In this document: positions 1 to 10,541 of the stretch, piece after piece
Numbering within the stretch: the stretch's first letter is position 1
How the letters are laid out: each line of letters begins with the position of its first letter
Origin: Pseudomonadota bacterium
GTDB lineage: Bacteria; Bdellovibrionota; Bdellovibrionia; Bdellovibrionales; SG-bin7
Assembly: GCA_034439715.1 (NCBI GenBank)
Contig: JAWXAY010000075.1
Location: 1,040-65,039 of the forward strand
DNA: 64,000 nt
Direction of reading: 5' to 3'
Translations under genes and position numbers: made by a program
The notes under the pieces: model-generated
Database searches by the model: none
Told to the model about the DNA's origin: nothing
The model's input: only the letters and a program-made list of their open reading frames with translations

Positions 1-79
1 ATTTACAAATGCATAGTAAAATCATTGATTTAACAAAACATATAATTTAAAGTAGGCGAGAAATTAAGGGAGGCTACTT

Positions 80-430
80 ATGAAAAAAATATTTGTTTTA
101 ACAATGGTTTTAGTGGGTCACTTGGCACTTGCGGGCGAAGCTTTAGATAGCCCCAAGCGAGCCATAAAAGTAAAAGATCGTTTACAAAAATCCGTTTTTC
201 AAATTGAAGGCGTCAACGGAATTGGTGTCACGGGTTGTGATCCCGCAACAGGAAAGGCATCGCTCGATAAGGACTTCGTTCACTGTGTGAGTATTTCTAC
301 GGAAAACGAAGAGGCCTATGACTACGTTCTTGGGTTATACCCAACCCGCACAAAAGTGGGCGGCGTATTTATCGTTGTCGAAAATGTCGGTGTAATTACT
401 TCCGAGCCTCGTTTAGGTGGCGGCAATTAA
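80..430 (+). CDS. Small secreted hypothetical protein
   Basis: SD GGGAGG upstream; Sec signal MKKIFVLTMVLVGHLALA; two Cys in mature part. Confidence 0.75.
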   Translation: MKKIFVLTMVLVGHLALAGEALDSPKRAIKVKDRLQKSVFQIEGVNGIGVTGCDPATGKASLDKDFVHCVSISTENEEAYDYVLGLYPTRTKVGGVFIVVENVGVITSEPRLGGGN

Positions 431-1256
431 TACCTTCGATTTTATCAAGCTTACGCGTACATCAGATTCGCGCGCCTTTTTAAAAAAGGCGCTCGAGTTT
501 CACTATGAGCGGCAGGGCAAAATAAATCTTTCTGATTTTTCGAGAAAAGTGGGATTCTCTTCTCGCAGTTATCTCTCAGAATTTTTGGCTAAGAAAAAAG
601 GCCTATCTCGTGATAGCGTGCTCAGAATAAAATCGGCTCTAAAATTACCGCCATTGTACCGACGTTTTTTTGAACTTCTCGTTTACCGCGATCAGCCCGA
701 GCTTATGCCAAAAAATCTTTTGCTGCCTGATGTTTTAGAGCAAATCAAAAGTATGCAAGAAAGGTTGGCTGCGGAGGTGACAAAAGAGTTTTCGCCACGA
801 AATGTCTCAAACATAGTTAAGAAGGCCGAAATATATCAAGTTTACGCGGCTCTCGGTAAAGTAGGCGTGGGTGCAACTTTAGATGAAATTCTTAAACGAA
901 CTGGTCTCGAAAAACCTGTGATTCAAGATGTGCTAGAAATTTTAAAAAACGAGAAGGCTCTTATTCAAGTCGGGGATAGAAATATTCCTATTAGTTCTCA
1001 GCTAGACTTTTTAGGATTAAGTGCGAGTGACGGCTTAACAGATTTAACTCGGCAGGTATGTAATGCTATTTCAAAAAATGCCGCTGAAATTATAAGTCAA
1101 AATGAAAACCATGTTTTCTTTACAGCTTTTTCTATGAATAAAGCTGACGCACTAAAGTATAAAAAGAAATTAAGAGAAGTGGTTTATGAAGTCATTGAGC
1201 AGTTTCAAGTAGAGGACGGAGATTCCATCCAGCAATTATTTTTAACTTCGCGCTAG
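417..1256 (+). CDS. TIGR02147/DUF4423-like protein (N-terminal HTH, C-terminal winged-helix region)
   Basis: LSDFSRKVGFSSRSYLSEFLAKKKGLS HTH-like segment and C-terminal 'QQLFL' pattern typical of this family, which is expanded in Bdellovibrionota and Fibrobacter. Confidence 0.75.
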   Translation: MAAINTFDFIKLTRTSDSRAFLKKALEFHYERQGKINLSDFSRKVGFSSRSYLSEFLAKKKGLSRDSVLRIKSALKLPPLYRRFFELLVYRDQPELMPKNLLLPDVLEQIKSMQERLAAEVTKEFSPRNVSNIVKKAEIYQVYAALGKVGVGATLDEILKRTGLEKPVIQDVLEILKNEKALIQVGDRNIPISSQLDFLGLSASDGLTDLTRQVCNAISKNAAEIISQNENHVFFTAFSMNKADALKYKKKLREVVYEVIEQFQVEDGDSIQQLFLTSR

Positions 1257-1430
1257 CCTCGTGACGGCCTCTTAGTGTTGGTGGCTGGATCGACGAACCG
1301 GAATCAATTCGTCCCAACTTGAGACATCCCCTGTTTTGTACCGTCGTGATTCAATTCTACCCAGTCCCGAGGTTAAAAAAAAGACTCACTGCCGCCCGCT
1401 AACTATTGCGAAGCCACCACGAGACCTTCC

Positions 1431-1458
1431 TCAAGTAAATCCCAAAATTGTACGATAA
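1431..1458 (+). promoter_or_regulatory. Putative sigma-28 (FliA) promoter
   Basis: TCAAGTAA-N12-TACGATAA upstream of ATG 1483; same spacing as the stronger site at 18375-18402. Confidence 0.45.
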
Positions 1459-1482
1459 TATTTTTAGCAAGGGGCCCTAAGT

Positions 1483-3663
1483 ATGGAGTACGTTAGAAGT
1501 GTCTTTGGTAATTCCAGATTTTCTTTATTGGCGTTGGTCATCTTGGGCTTTGCAGTGTCATATCAGAATTGTGGCGATGGTCTTCGGCCGCTAAAGCATT
1601 CAAATAATGGCCAATTTTTAATTGAAGAACCTAACCCATTTCCGCTCTCATTTCAGTTTAAGTCGCCAGGTTTAGTCGGCGCCTCCAGCCTCCACGATTT
1701 CAGTTCGAATTCATATACCCATTTAATTGAATCAAGAAAAAATGGCGAAAATATCGTTGGTTACGACTTGCTAGTATATGACTATTCGCCTGACAATGAA
1801 TCGCCCTTAAGGCCGACCAGGACTGCACTTAATTTGCCTCTGTTACCTGGTGGCTATGTTGTTTCAGCTTTTTCTGATGGCACTCTCTATTTTAGAGGTG
1901 GAAACTCTTATTATGCTTTGGATATTTCTTCAAACACGGCTTCAATCGACCATAAGCCTATCGCAGTAGCCGACGGCACTTCATATGGTCCGTTTGGTTT
2001 TAATGGAAAAACATTTTTTTTCAGAACATACGGTGAGAGTGACCTCCTTGTCACTAAGGGTGTATATAAGCTCAATAGATATGAAATTACCAGCTCCTCC
2101 TCGATACGTCTAATAGAGACGATCGAAGGATGTAAAGAAGTCCACGAATACTTACCTATGTTAAGATGTGAGTCAGTCGATAAAATATCTAGTTACTTCG
2201 ATGTTTCTGATCCAAAAATCTTAAAGAAAATTGTTTTACCCACATTTCCCACAGGTTTTCATGTCGTGCAAGCAGATCAAAATTTTGTCGTTGCCTCCAA
2301 CACTGACGATGGGCCCGACCTCGTAGCAAAGAGTCAAGCCAAGTTATATAAAAAAGTTGGCGACAGTTACCAAGAGTGGGCCGATTTAGATTATCAGAGG
2401 ACCCACTTTTCACTTAGCAATAAATTGTTGTTAAGAACGGCTTTCAACCCAGTCACTAAAACGGCGTTTATTGAGGCCTTTGATATCGGACAAAAAAACA
2501 ATCCGGTTCATCTTGGCCAGTACCTTACATCGGTTTATACTGTTGACCCCACCCCTTACGTTGCAATTTTGAAAAATGACGTGGCGATAATTTCTGATAT
2601 CTTTAGAATTAGTATGATTGATTTCCGAGATGTTAAAAATATCAAAGAAATTCCAATTCTTACTATCCCCAGGACACCTAATTACTTGGTGACCAGATAT
2701 TTTATGATTCCTTCGTTTTTTAACATGCGGTACTTAGTTATAAACAATGGCGGACTGATATTAGATTTTAACAAGCCCACAACTGCCTTGGGAACTATTG
2801 ATTGTGAATCCGCCAGTCCTATTTGTTTAGACATTATTACTGGCAGTGGCCTGAAGTTTTCAAACGCTATGAGCTTCACTCCCAAATACCCGCTATTTAG
2901 TGATGGTGCCGAAAAGATACGATTCATCTACCTTCCGCCGGGTAGTAAAATCGATACGACCGACATCGACAACTGGGTATTTCCCAAAAACACAAAAATT
3001 TGGAAACAATTTAAATTCAATGATGTGATTTATGAGACACGAATTTTGGAAAAAGCAGGTGTCGGCGCTGGTGCTGCCAATTGGAAATCCAATGTTTACG
3101 CCCGTCGAGATAATGGTGATGGCGGTCCAATACCCCGCGATCCCGCCGACAGGACGATCTTAAACGACACCTTCACTCAAAACAAAAACGTGCCTCATGT
3201 CGGCATGTGCATCACCTGTCATGGCGCCGCCAAAGACTACGTGCTTGGCTTCGATGCGCTGGACCTTTCTGGTCAAATTGGTCAATTCTCATTGGCGAAC
3301 CTCAGCACCCAAGGATTTTTAACAATTCCGATAAATAAGCCAGTTGAAATTCAAGGTTCGCCAAATGCGAAAGCAGCTTTAGGGTATATGCAAACTAATT
3401 GTGGCACCTGCCATAGTCCCACGGGTGTTGCCGCCGGTGTTGGCTTGAATCTACGACATTCAAGTTTGGCCACAAGTCTTGAAACCGAAAATGCTTACAT
3501 GACATTGACGGCAAGGGGAGCAATAGTGGCAAAATCTCCATTGACCAGTCGAATTTATATTCGTGCGACTAATCCGTTATTACCAATGCCACCGCCTTTT
3601 CTGAACCAAATACTTGACCCCAGTGTCAGGCAGATATTTGCCGACTGGATCAACGAACTGTAG
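1483..3663 (+). CDS. Lipoprotein with LVIVD-like repeats and C-terminal SO2930-like diheme c-type cytochrome domain
   Basis: Signal ending SYQNC; repeats YFDVSDP/AFDIGQKNNP/IDFRDVKN; PLFSDGAEKIRFIYLP...WVFP...YETR motif; CITCH and CGTCH heme motifs; distal MPP. Confidence 0.7.
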   Translation: MEYVRSVFGNSRFSLLALVILGFAVSYQNCGDGLRPLKHSNNGQFLIEEPNPFPLSFQFKSPGLVGASSLHDFSSNSYTHLIESRKNGENIVGYDLLVYDYSPDNESPLRPTRTALNLPLLPGGYVVSAFSDGTLYFRGGNSYYALDISSNTASIDHKPIAVADGTSYGPFGFNGKTFFFRTYGESDLLVTKGVYKLNRYEITSSSSIRLIETIEGCKEVHEYLPMLRCESVDKISSYFDVSDPKILKKIVLPTFPTGFHVVQADQNFVVASNTDDGPDLVAKSQAKLYKKVGDSYQEWADLDYQRTHFSLSNKLLLRTAFNPVTKTAFIEAFDIGQKNNPVHLGQYLTSVYTVDPTPYVAILKNDVAIISDIFRISMIDFRDVKNIKEIPILTIPRTPNYLVTRYFMIPSFFNMRYLVINNGGLILDFNKPTTALGTIDCESASPICLDIITGSGLKFSNAMSFTPKYPLFSDGAEKIRFIYLPPGSKIDTTDIDNWVFPKNTKIWKQFKFNDVIYETRILEKAGVGAGAANWKSNVYARRDNGDGGPIPRDPADRTILNDTFTQNKNVPHVGMCITCHGAAKDYVLGFDALDLSGQIGQFSLANLSTQGFLTIPINKPVEIQGSPNAKAALGYMQTNCGTCHSPTGVAAGVGLNLRHSSLATSLETENAYMTLTARGAIVAKSPLTSRIYIRATNPLLPMPPPFLNQILDPSVRQIFADWINEL

Positions 3664-3721
3664 TTTAGAACAGAAACAATTTGGACCGAACGTTGTCACG
3701 GCGGGAGCCTGGCAGCACCCT

Positions 3722-4501
3722 TTACGATAATTCTATTAACTTATTTGCTATCTCAGCAAAACCACTGCCACCTTCAGAGGGAGATACAAACTGCGGCAAG
3801 AATTTCATTTGTCCTGAAAATTTTTTGACGTTGGCCACACCAAAAGAATTATTAAAAAACTGAAACATCGGCTCGTCATTGGGTGAATCTCCGATAAACG
3901 CCGCCACATCATTTAGCTTTGCCGCACTCAGGCCTAATTCTCGTTCGGCAAATATTTTGCACATGGACAGTTTATCAAAATCGCCAAACCAACCGTTGAC
4001 ATGAATTGAACTTAGTTTAGCGGTGGCGCCCTTTGACTCAAATATTTTTTTGATTTCTTGGGCTTTAGATAGAGGCAACGCCGGGACGTCTTCACAAAAA
4101 TCGATGGCTAAATCAAACAATCGCGAAAATTGATCAGATGCTATGGCAGTGCCCGGTACTTTTAATAGAATTTCTTTACCCAAAGTTCTAAGGTTTCTGC
4201 GGCTTTCTTTTCTTACTAAGGAAGGCAATGCAAAGTGGCGCTGCATCTTATTGTTTTTGTGCATAAAGTAAAAAGCGCCGTTTTCGCCAACGACGGCCCT
4301 GACTGGCCAAAGGCGCGCAATCATTTCGCACCAACCCGCAGGCCGGCCAGTAACAGGAATAACCTTAATGCCGGATTCAAAAAGCTGCCACAATGCAGTG
4401 TAGGCATTAGCAGCTAACTTACCAGAATCAGTGAGAGTATCGTCGATATCAGTAAAGACAATTTGAACTTTTTTTTGTTGAAACTGGGTTAAAGGCAGCA
4501 T
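3722..4501 (-). CDS. HAD-IIB family hydrolase
   Basis: DIDDT motif I, TGR motif II, GDSPND motif IV. Confidence 0.9.
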   Translation of the reverse strand: MLPLTQFQQKKVQIVFTDIDDTLTDSGKLAANAYTALWQLFESGIKVIPVTGRPAGWCEMIARLWPVRAVVGENGAFYFMHKNNKMQRHFALPSLVRKESRRNLRTLGKEILLKVPGTAIASDQFSRLFDLAIDFCEDVPALPLSKAQEIKKIFESKGATAKLSSIHVNGWFGDFDKLSMCKIFAERELGLSAAKLNDVAAFIGDSPNDEPMFQFFNNSFGVANVKKFSGQMKFLPQFVSPSEGGSGFAEIANKLIELS

Positions 4502-4648
4502 GCCGTCCTTATTTGAGATGTTAGTCGAGATATTAAGTGATGCTACTTCTTTAGACTATTCTTGAATAGAAAACTCTTGCAAGCAAAAAGGATTGGCTTG
4601 ATTTTAAAAAGAGTAAACATTTTTATGGTATAACTTTTGACTAGGACT

Positions 4649-7300
4649 ATGGCTAAGAAGAAAGCTCAAATAAAATCGATTAAGGAATCATCCAGAAACT
4701 CAGAGCCACAGGTGTCCTCGGGCTCCGGTAAAAAACTGGTCATCGTTGAGTCTCCAACGAAAGCGAAAACCATCAAGAAATTCTTAGGTAAAGAATATAC
4801 GATTCAATCATGTATGGGCCATGTTCGAGACCTGCCTGAATCTGCCAAAGCTATGCCTGAAAAATTTAAAAAAGAGAAATGGTCTCATTTTGGTGTGAAT
4901 GTAGATAAAGATTTTGAACCCGTCTATTTGATTCCCCGGTCTAAAGAAAAAATCGTGGGTCAACTTAAAGCGGCGCTAAAGGATGCTGATGAATTAATAC
5001 TCGCGACGGACGAAGACCGCGAGGGAGAAAGCATTAGCTGGCACTTATTAGAAGTCTTGAAACCCAAGGTGCCCGTAAAGCGTGTGGTGTTTCATGAGAT
5101 CACCAAAGAAGCCATTCAAAAAGCATTTAAGAGCCACAGAGATGTTGACGAGAATTTGGTAAGGGCGCAAGAGGCTCGACGTATATTGGATCGTCTTGTG
5201 GGTTACACTCTTTCTCCATTAATTTGGAAGAAAATCGCTTATGGCCTTTCTGCAGGTCGAGTGCAGTCTGTCGCGGTAAAAATTATTGTTGAAAGGGAGT
5301 TTCAGCGACTCGCCTTTAAGGCGTCCTCTTATTGGGGAATTGAGGGTCGGTGCGAAAAATCTAAAATTGGATTTAATGCGAGACTCAGTCAGTACGGCGA
5401 CAAGAGAATCATCATCGGAAAAGATTTCGATGATAAAACTGGTGAGGTTTTACCCGAAAGTAAAAAGCATCTCTATTTAGATGAGAAAAAGTCTCAAAAA
5501 ATAATTGATGAAATTAAGGGTAAGGACTTTAGCGTTACCGAGGTTGAGGAAAGACCCGTGTTCCGCAAGCCCGCAGCGCCATTTATTACCTCAACATTGC
5601 AACAAGATGCTAACAGAAAACTAGGCTTAAGTGCGCGCGAAACAATGAGTGTGGCACAGAAATTATACGAAGAAGGACTCATTACCTACATGCGGACGGA
5701 TTCTACCTTTCTTTCAGAACAAGCCATTAAAGCGGCTCGCAACTGCATATTAGATAAATACGGCAAAGAGTATTTGCCGAAGGAGCCGCGCCTTTTTGCT
5801 GCTAAAAAAGTAAAAGGTGCCCAGGAAGCTCACGAGGCTATTCGTCCCTCTGGACAAGAGTTTGTTTACCCTGACGATGCGGGCCTCAAGGGAGTGCAGC
5901 TAAAGCTTTATGAACTTATATGGATGCGTACTGTTGGTAGCCAAATGGTAGACTCTCGGCAAAAACAAACCTCTGTAAAAATGCAAGTTGGGGACGCCGT
6001 ATTTTCAGCCAGTGGAATGATTATTGAGTTTCCGGGATTTTTAAAAGCGTATGTCGAGAGCGAAGAATCGCAGGACGATGCTTTGAGCGAAAAAGAAAAT
6101 AGACTTCCCCAATTAAATAAGGGCGACAAGATAAAGTGTGCCGAACTTATTCCATCGGGACATGAAACCCGCCCACCAGCGAGATTTTCAGAAGCAAGTC
6201 TTGTGCAATTTATGGAAAAAGAGGGCATTGGACGTCCATCAACATATGCGGCCATCCTAAGTACCATCGTCGATCGAGGCTACGTGCGTAAGGTCAATAA
6301 TGCCTTGGTGCCTACTTTTACGGCGATTGTAGTGAGTGATCTTTTAAGAAAAAATCTGCCTAAGTATGTCGATGTGCATTTTACTTCTGATATGGAAAAA
6401 GCCCTGGATGATATCGCGGATGGAGATTTGGATATCGTCAAATATTTAGATACAGTTTATAATGGCAAAGAAGGCTTAAAAATTTTGGTTAAGGCGCAAG
6501 AAAAGGCCATCGATGCGGATCAAGCACGAACGATTAATTTGCCTGGATTTAAAAATCTCATCTTCAGGGTGGGTCGGTATGGCGCATATGTTTGCAGAAC
6601 AGAAAAGGGTGAAGAGGTCTGCGCCAGTATTCCAGAAAGTCAAAGTCCTGCCGATATCACAGCGGACATTGCGAACAAGCTAATTGATCAAAAAATAAAT
6701 GGGGCTGATGCTTTGGGCAAAGATCCTAAAACGGGTTTGTCAATTTATGTATTAACGGGCCGCTACGGACCCTACGTTCAGTTGGGGGATTCAGATCAAG
6801 AAAAGGTCAAGCGCATGTCGATTCCGCCGATAATTGACCCTACTAAAATTACCATGCCTCAGGCTCTAGAATTATTATCTCTCCCTAAAACTCTAGGTAT
6901 TTTTCCTAAAAATAGTAAAGAAATTAAACTGGGCCTTGGCAGATTTGGACCCTATGTTGTTTGTGATGGTGACTACCGCTCCGTGCCCAAAGCCGAGAAT
7001 TTTTTAGAAGTTACGCTAGACCGATCCATCGAACTTTTGTCTCAAGAGAAGAAGGGTCGTGGTCGGTCATCAGTTAAAAACGAACTTGGCAAACATCCTG
7101 AGTCGGGTACTGAGATTTACCTCATGGAGGGAAAATACGGGCCTTATCTGAAGTATGGTAAAGCTAATATATCACTGCAAGACGAAGATCCCAAAGGTCT
7201 CGATTTAAAAAAGGCTTTAGAGTTAATTGCGTCAAAACAAAAAACCAAGAAAGCGTCGAAGAAAACCTCTCAAAAAGCGCCAAAAGCTAAGAGCGCTTAA
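4649..7300 (+). CDS. topA: DNA topoisomerase I (type IA) with C-terminal Toprim_C repeats
   Basis: IVESPTKAKTI, ATDEDREGE, SAGRVQS, ITYMRTDS, GIGRPSTYA; repeated GRYGPYV units; start set at ATG 4649. Confidence 0.97.
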   Translation: MAKKKAQIKSIKESSRNSEPQVSSGSGKKLVIVESPTKAKTIKKFLGKEYTIQSCMGHVRDLPESAKAMPEKFKKEKWSHFGVNVDKDFEPVYLIPRSKEKIVGQLKAALKDADELILATDEDREGESISWHLLEVLKPKVPVKRVVFHEITKEAIQKAFKSHRDVDENLVRAQEARRILDRLVGYTLSPLIWKKIAYGLSAGRVQSVAVKIIVEREFQRLAFKASSYWGIEGRCEKSKIGFNARLSQYGDKRIIIGKDFDDKTGEVLPESKKHLYLDEKKSQKIIDEIKGKDFSVTEVEERPVFRKPAAPFITSTLQQDANRKLGLSARETMSVAQKLYEEGLITYMRTDSTFLSEQAIKAARNCILDKYGKEYLPKEPRLFAAKKVKGAQEAHEAIRPSGQEFVYPDDAGLKGVQLKLYELIWMRTVGSQMVDSRQKQTSVKMQVGDAVFSASGMIIEFPGFLKAYVESEESQDDALSEKENRLPQLNKGDKIKCAELIPSGHETRPPARFSEASLVQFMEKEGIGRPSTYAAILSTIVDRGYVRKVNNALVPTFTAIVVSDLLRKNLPKYVDVHFTSDMEKALDDIADGDLDIVKYLDTVYNGKEGLKILVKAQEKAIDADQARTINLPGFKNLIFRVGRYGAYVCRTEKGEEVCASIPESQSPADITADIANKLIDQKINGADALGKDPKTGLSIYVLTGRYGPYVQLGDSDQEKVKRMSIPPIIDPTKITMPQALELLSLPKTLGIFPKNSKEIKLGLGRFGPYVVCDGDYRSVPKAENFLEVTLDRSIELLSQEKKGRGRSSVKNELGKHPESGTEIYLMEGKYGPYLKYGKANISLQDEDPKGLDLKKALELIASKQKTKKASKKTSQKAPKAKSA

Positions 7301-7405
7301 TTTATTGTTATTGCGCTGCACACACCTTACAGATAAGTCAACTTCTTCCGATACTTATAGCAGAATTAGAACTATATAGTACTAACTTTAAACGAAGGAA
7401 ATTTT

Positions 7406-9556
7406 GTGAATTATACTTTGCGAATTTCAGCAGGACTGGCAGCTGTTAGTTTTCTTTGGTCATTTATATTTTTGCCACTTCCGACTTACGCGGCAGGGTT
7501 GCAGTGTGAATATTTATTTTTGATTCAAACCCAGTTTTTAAAGGATCACCTCAACTACAAACATTTAAAAACTTTACCGCCCGATGTTTACGAGATTTTA
7601 GAAACACGCACAATAGAGCAGTACGTGAAATCTTTAGATCGATCTAAACTGTATCTTTTAGAGGCCGACGTCGTCCAAGTTAAAACTAAGCTTCGAGGTA
7701 TTTTAGCCAAAGTTAAAGACTACAAATGTGACACCCTTTATGAAATTGACACGCTTTTGGGAAAAAGAATTAAAGAGCGTGCTGACTTTACTGCAAAATA
7801 TTTAGCTAGCGGTTTTAAATTTGAGCCAAAGACAGAAATTATTTTGGATCCCGAAAAAAGATCGTTTGCGAAGGATACAAAAGAGTTGGACGAATACCAC
7901 AAAAAATACCTTCAGTTTCAGATTTCGACTTATTTGCAAACCGATATGGCGCTCACTGAGGCCAAAGGCAATGTCATTCGTCGTTATCAGAGAGGGTTAA
8001 AAAAATACGAATCTAAATTAGAGGCCTCAATTCAAGAAAGGCATGACGAAATTTTTGATCTTTTTCTTAATTCCTTTGCGAAGTCACTCGATCCCCACTC
8101 TAACTATCTATCGCAAGACACTCTCGAGGACTTTTCAATCCAAATGTCTTTGTCTCTTGAGGGAATTGGCGCCACGCTTAGTTTTCAGGATGGATTTACG
8201 GTGATTGAGCAGTTAATTCCTGGTGGGGCCGCCGGTAAATCGGGAAAGCTTCAGCCTAAAGATAAAATTATTGCGGTCGGGCAAGGAGAGTCGGGGACCC
8301 TTGAAAATGTTGTAGAAGTTGAGCTTCGCGACGTTGTAAAAAAAATCAGAGGAGCCAAAAACACAAAGGTTAGACTTTCGGTATTAAGGAAAACAGCTAG
8401 TGAACAGTCAAAATTTGAAGTCATCTTAGTGCGCGATAAAATTAGTCTTGAAGACGACGCGGCAAGTATTACTTATGTTGATCGCGAAATTGGTGGGGTA
8501 AAGAGGAAAGTGGCCTTAGTGAACCTTCCTTCGTTTTACAGTGGCTCAGGAGATGACAGCCGGTTTAGCCAAGTCAGATCTTGTGCCAAAGATATGAAGA
8601 AACTTTTAAAAGAGGCTCGACAGAATAATGTCGATGCCATTCTGCTTGACCTATCCACTAACGGCGGCGGCTCTTTAGATGATGCTGTCAGCATCGGCGG
8701 ATTATTTTTTAAAAAAGGTGGCGTTGTAAAAGAAATAGGTCCCGAGGGCGAAAAAATTAGAGCTGATGACGACGCCGAGGTGGATTGGTCGGGGCCGTTA
8801 GTGGTTCTGACAAGTCGAATTTCAGCAAGTGCTTCTGAAATTGTAGCGGGAACGCTTCAGGATTATGACCGCGCCATCATAGTGGGCGGTGATCATACTT
8901 TCGGAAAGGGCACGATTCAAAGTGTGCGCAGACTGCCTAGTAAGCTGGGGGCTACGAAAGTGACTGTGGGGATGTTTTTTATACCTGGCGGGACAACCAC
9001 TCAGCATAAAGGTGTCGACGCAGATATTGTTTTTCCGGGAGTTTTTTCGACTGACGATGTGGGCGAGAAGACACTGGATTATTCTTTGGCGCCAAAGACA
9101 ACCCAACCTTTTATTTCTCCCGATGCTTTTGTTACAAATGGTGCAGGTAAGTGGGACAAAGTTAAGCCCGAAGTTCTCAAAGAGATCCGGGAAGTATCGC
9201 TGAAACGCATCTCTCAGGATAGTGAATTTAAGAAGGTGGTTGAAGAAATTAAAAAAGCTAAGGATCAAGAAAAGAACAAGACTACAAAACTTAGTGAATT
9301 GATGAAAGAAAAAACTGACATTGAAAAAAAGGAAAAAGAAGAAAAGAAAAGTATTCGATATGGCTCCAAAGAAGAAAAAATGGCGGAATATATGAAGCGC
9401 TCTGACATTAAAGAGTCTTTGAATATTGCTTTTGACTTTGTCCAATTGCAGAAAGGCGCCCCCATCATGTTGGGTGAGGTCAAGGTTAAGCCCGACAGAA
9501 AATCTATGGCCCCGGAATCAAAAGATAAGGGTGAAGTGTCGGATGTCACACGGTAA
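7406..9556 (+). CDS. prc: Carboxy-terminal processing protease (S41A, PDZ)
   Basis: LDPHSNY, GIGA PDZ loop, NGGGSL, SASASEI, TFGKGTIQ. Confidence 0.93.
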   Translation: MNYTLRISAGLAAVSFLWSFIFLPLPTYAAGLQCEYLFLIQTQFLKDHLNYKHLKTLPPDVYEILETRTIEQYVKSLDRSKLYLLEADVVQVKTKLRGILAKVKDYKCDTLYEIDTLLGKRIKERADFTAKYLASGFKFEPKTEIILDPEKRSFAKDTKELDEYHKKYLQFQISTYLQTDMALTEAKGNVIRRYQRGLKKYESKLEASIQERHDEIFDLFLNSFAKSLDPHSNYLSQDTLEDFSIQMSLSLEGIGATLSFQDGFTVIEQLIPGGAAGKSGKLQPKDKIIAVGQGESGTLENVVEVELRDVVKKIRGAKNTKVRLSVLRKTASEQSKFEVILVRDKISLEDDAASITYVDREIGGVKRKVALVNLPSFYSGSGDDSRFSQVRSCAKDMKKLLKEARQNNVDAILLDLSTNGGGSLDDAVSIGGLFFKKGGVVKEIGPEGEKIRADDDAEVDWSGPLVVLTSRISASASEIVAGTLQDYDRAIIVGGDHTFGKGTIQSVRRLPSKLGATKVTVGMFFIPGGTTTQHKGVDADIVFPGVFSTDDVGEKTLDYSLAPKTTQPFISPDAFVTNGAGKWDKVKPEVLKEIREVSLKRISQDSEFKKVVEEIKKAKDQEKNKTTKLSELMKEKTDIEKKEKEEKKSIRYGSKEEKMAEYMKRSDIKESLNIAFDFVQLQKGAPIMLGEVKVKPDRKSMAPESKDKGEVSDVTR

Positions 9557-10541
9557 GTTAGATTCAAAAATTCAGCTTAAGATTTTTGACCTGATGGTTA
9601 AATCTCGCGTTCTTGAATTAAGGCTTATCCAAATTTATAAACTGGGTGAAGGTTTTTTCTGGATTGGCGGTCCGGGAGAAGAGGCCTTTGGCGTGCCACT
9701 GGGACTTCTTGTGAACTGCGGGCAGGGCATAGAGCACGATTGGCTACATCTTCATTATCGTTCAACGCCAACAATGGTGGCGTTGGGCTTACCTATGGTT
9801 GATGCAATAAGACTGATGATGAATAAGGCCACTGACAAGTGTACAGGTGGCAGAAATTTCGCGGGTCATTTTGCTTATCCAGAGTGGAATGTAGCTCCAG
9901 TTTCATCACCCATTGAAATTCAGTATGGAGTTGCTGTGGGTACGGCGATTGCACAAAAACGCCATAATTCAAAAGGAATTACTATTGTCACTGGCGGGGA
10001 TGCAGGAACTGCAGAGGGAGATTTTGCGAGCTCTTTGATTTGGGCGACAAGAAAAGGGAATGAATTACCTATGCTCATTACGGTTCAAAATAATGGCTGG
10101 GGAATTTCAACCCGCTATGAAACCCAACACGGTGAAGAAAACATAGCGGATCGAGGTAAAGCCTTTCGCATGCGGACGGCTGTTTATAATGGAAATGATC
10201 CTGTTGAAAGCTATTTAGGACTTAAACGTGAGTTCGAATATGTTCGTACGACGAGATTGCCAAGTCTGGTGGAGTTTAAGGTGAGCCGTCTTTACGGTCA
10301 TTCTTCAGCAGATGGGGCCAACTTGCATCAGAACGAACCCGATTGTATTACGATTTTTGAAGAAAAATTGATTAGCCAGAAAATCTTGACCAAAGAAAAA
10401 GCTCAGGAGATTTGGAAAAAATACGATGAAGAAGTAAAAAAAGCCACAAATGAAGTTCGGGCCGAACCAAATCCTGAGAGTCGAGCGATTTGGGACCATG
10501 TTTTTGTTAATAATGAAAATGCGGACTGGAGAAAATTCTAA
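9543..10541 (+). CDS. ThDP-dependent 2-oxoacid dehydrogenase E1 alpha (likely branched-chain)
   Basis: GDAGTAEGD...QNN ThDP motif, RLYGHSSAD; start set at ATG 9543 overlapping the prc end. Confidence 0.9.
   Translation: MSHGKLDSKIQLKIFDLMVKSRVLELRLIQIYKLGEGFFWIGGPGEEAFGVPLGLLVNCGQGIEHDWLHLHYRSTPTMVALGLPMVDAIRLMMNKATDKCTGGRNFAGHFAYPEWNVAPVSSPIEIQYGVAVGTAIAQKRHNSKGITIVTGGDAGTAEGDFASSLIWATRKGNELPMLITVQNNGWGISTRYETQHGEENIADRGKAFRMRTAVYNGNDPVESYLGLKREFEYVRTTRLPSLVEFKVSRLYGHSSADGANLHQNEPDCITIFEEKLISQKILTKEKAQEIWKKYDEEVKKATNEVRAEPNPESRAIWDHVFVNNENADWRKF

Noticed and set aside
8822-9567. Phe-rich minus-strand ORFs (207 and 100 aa)
   Set aside because: Mirror of the Lys/Glu-rich prc C-terminus.
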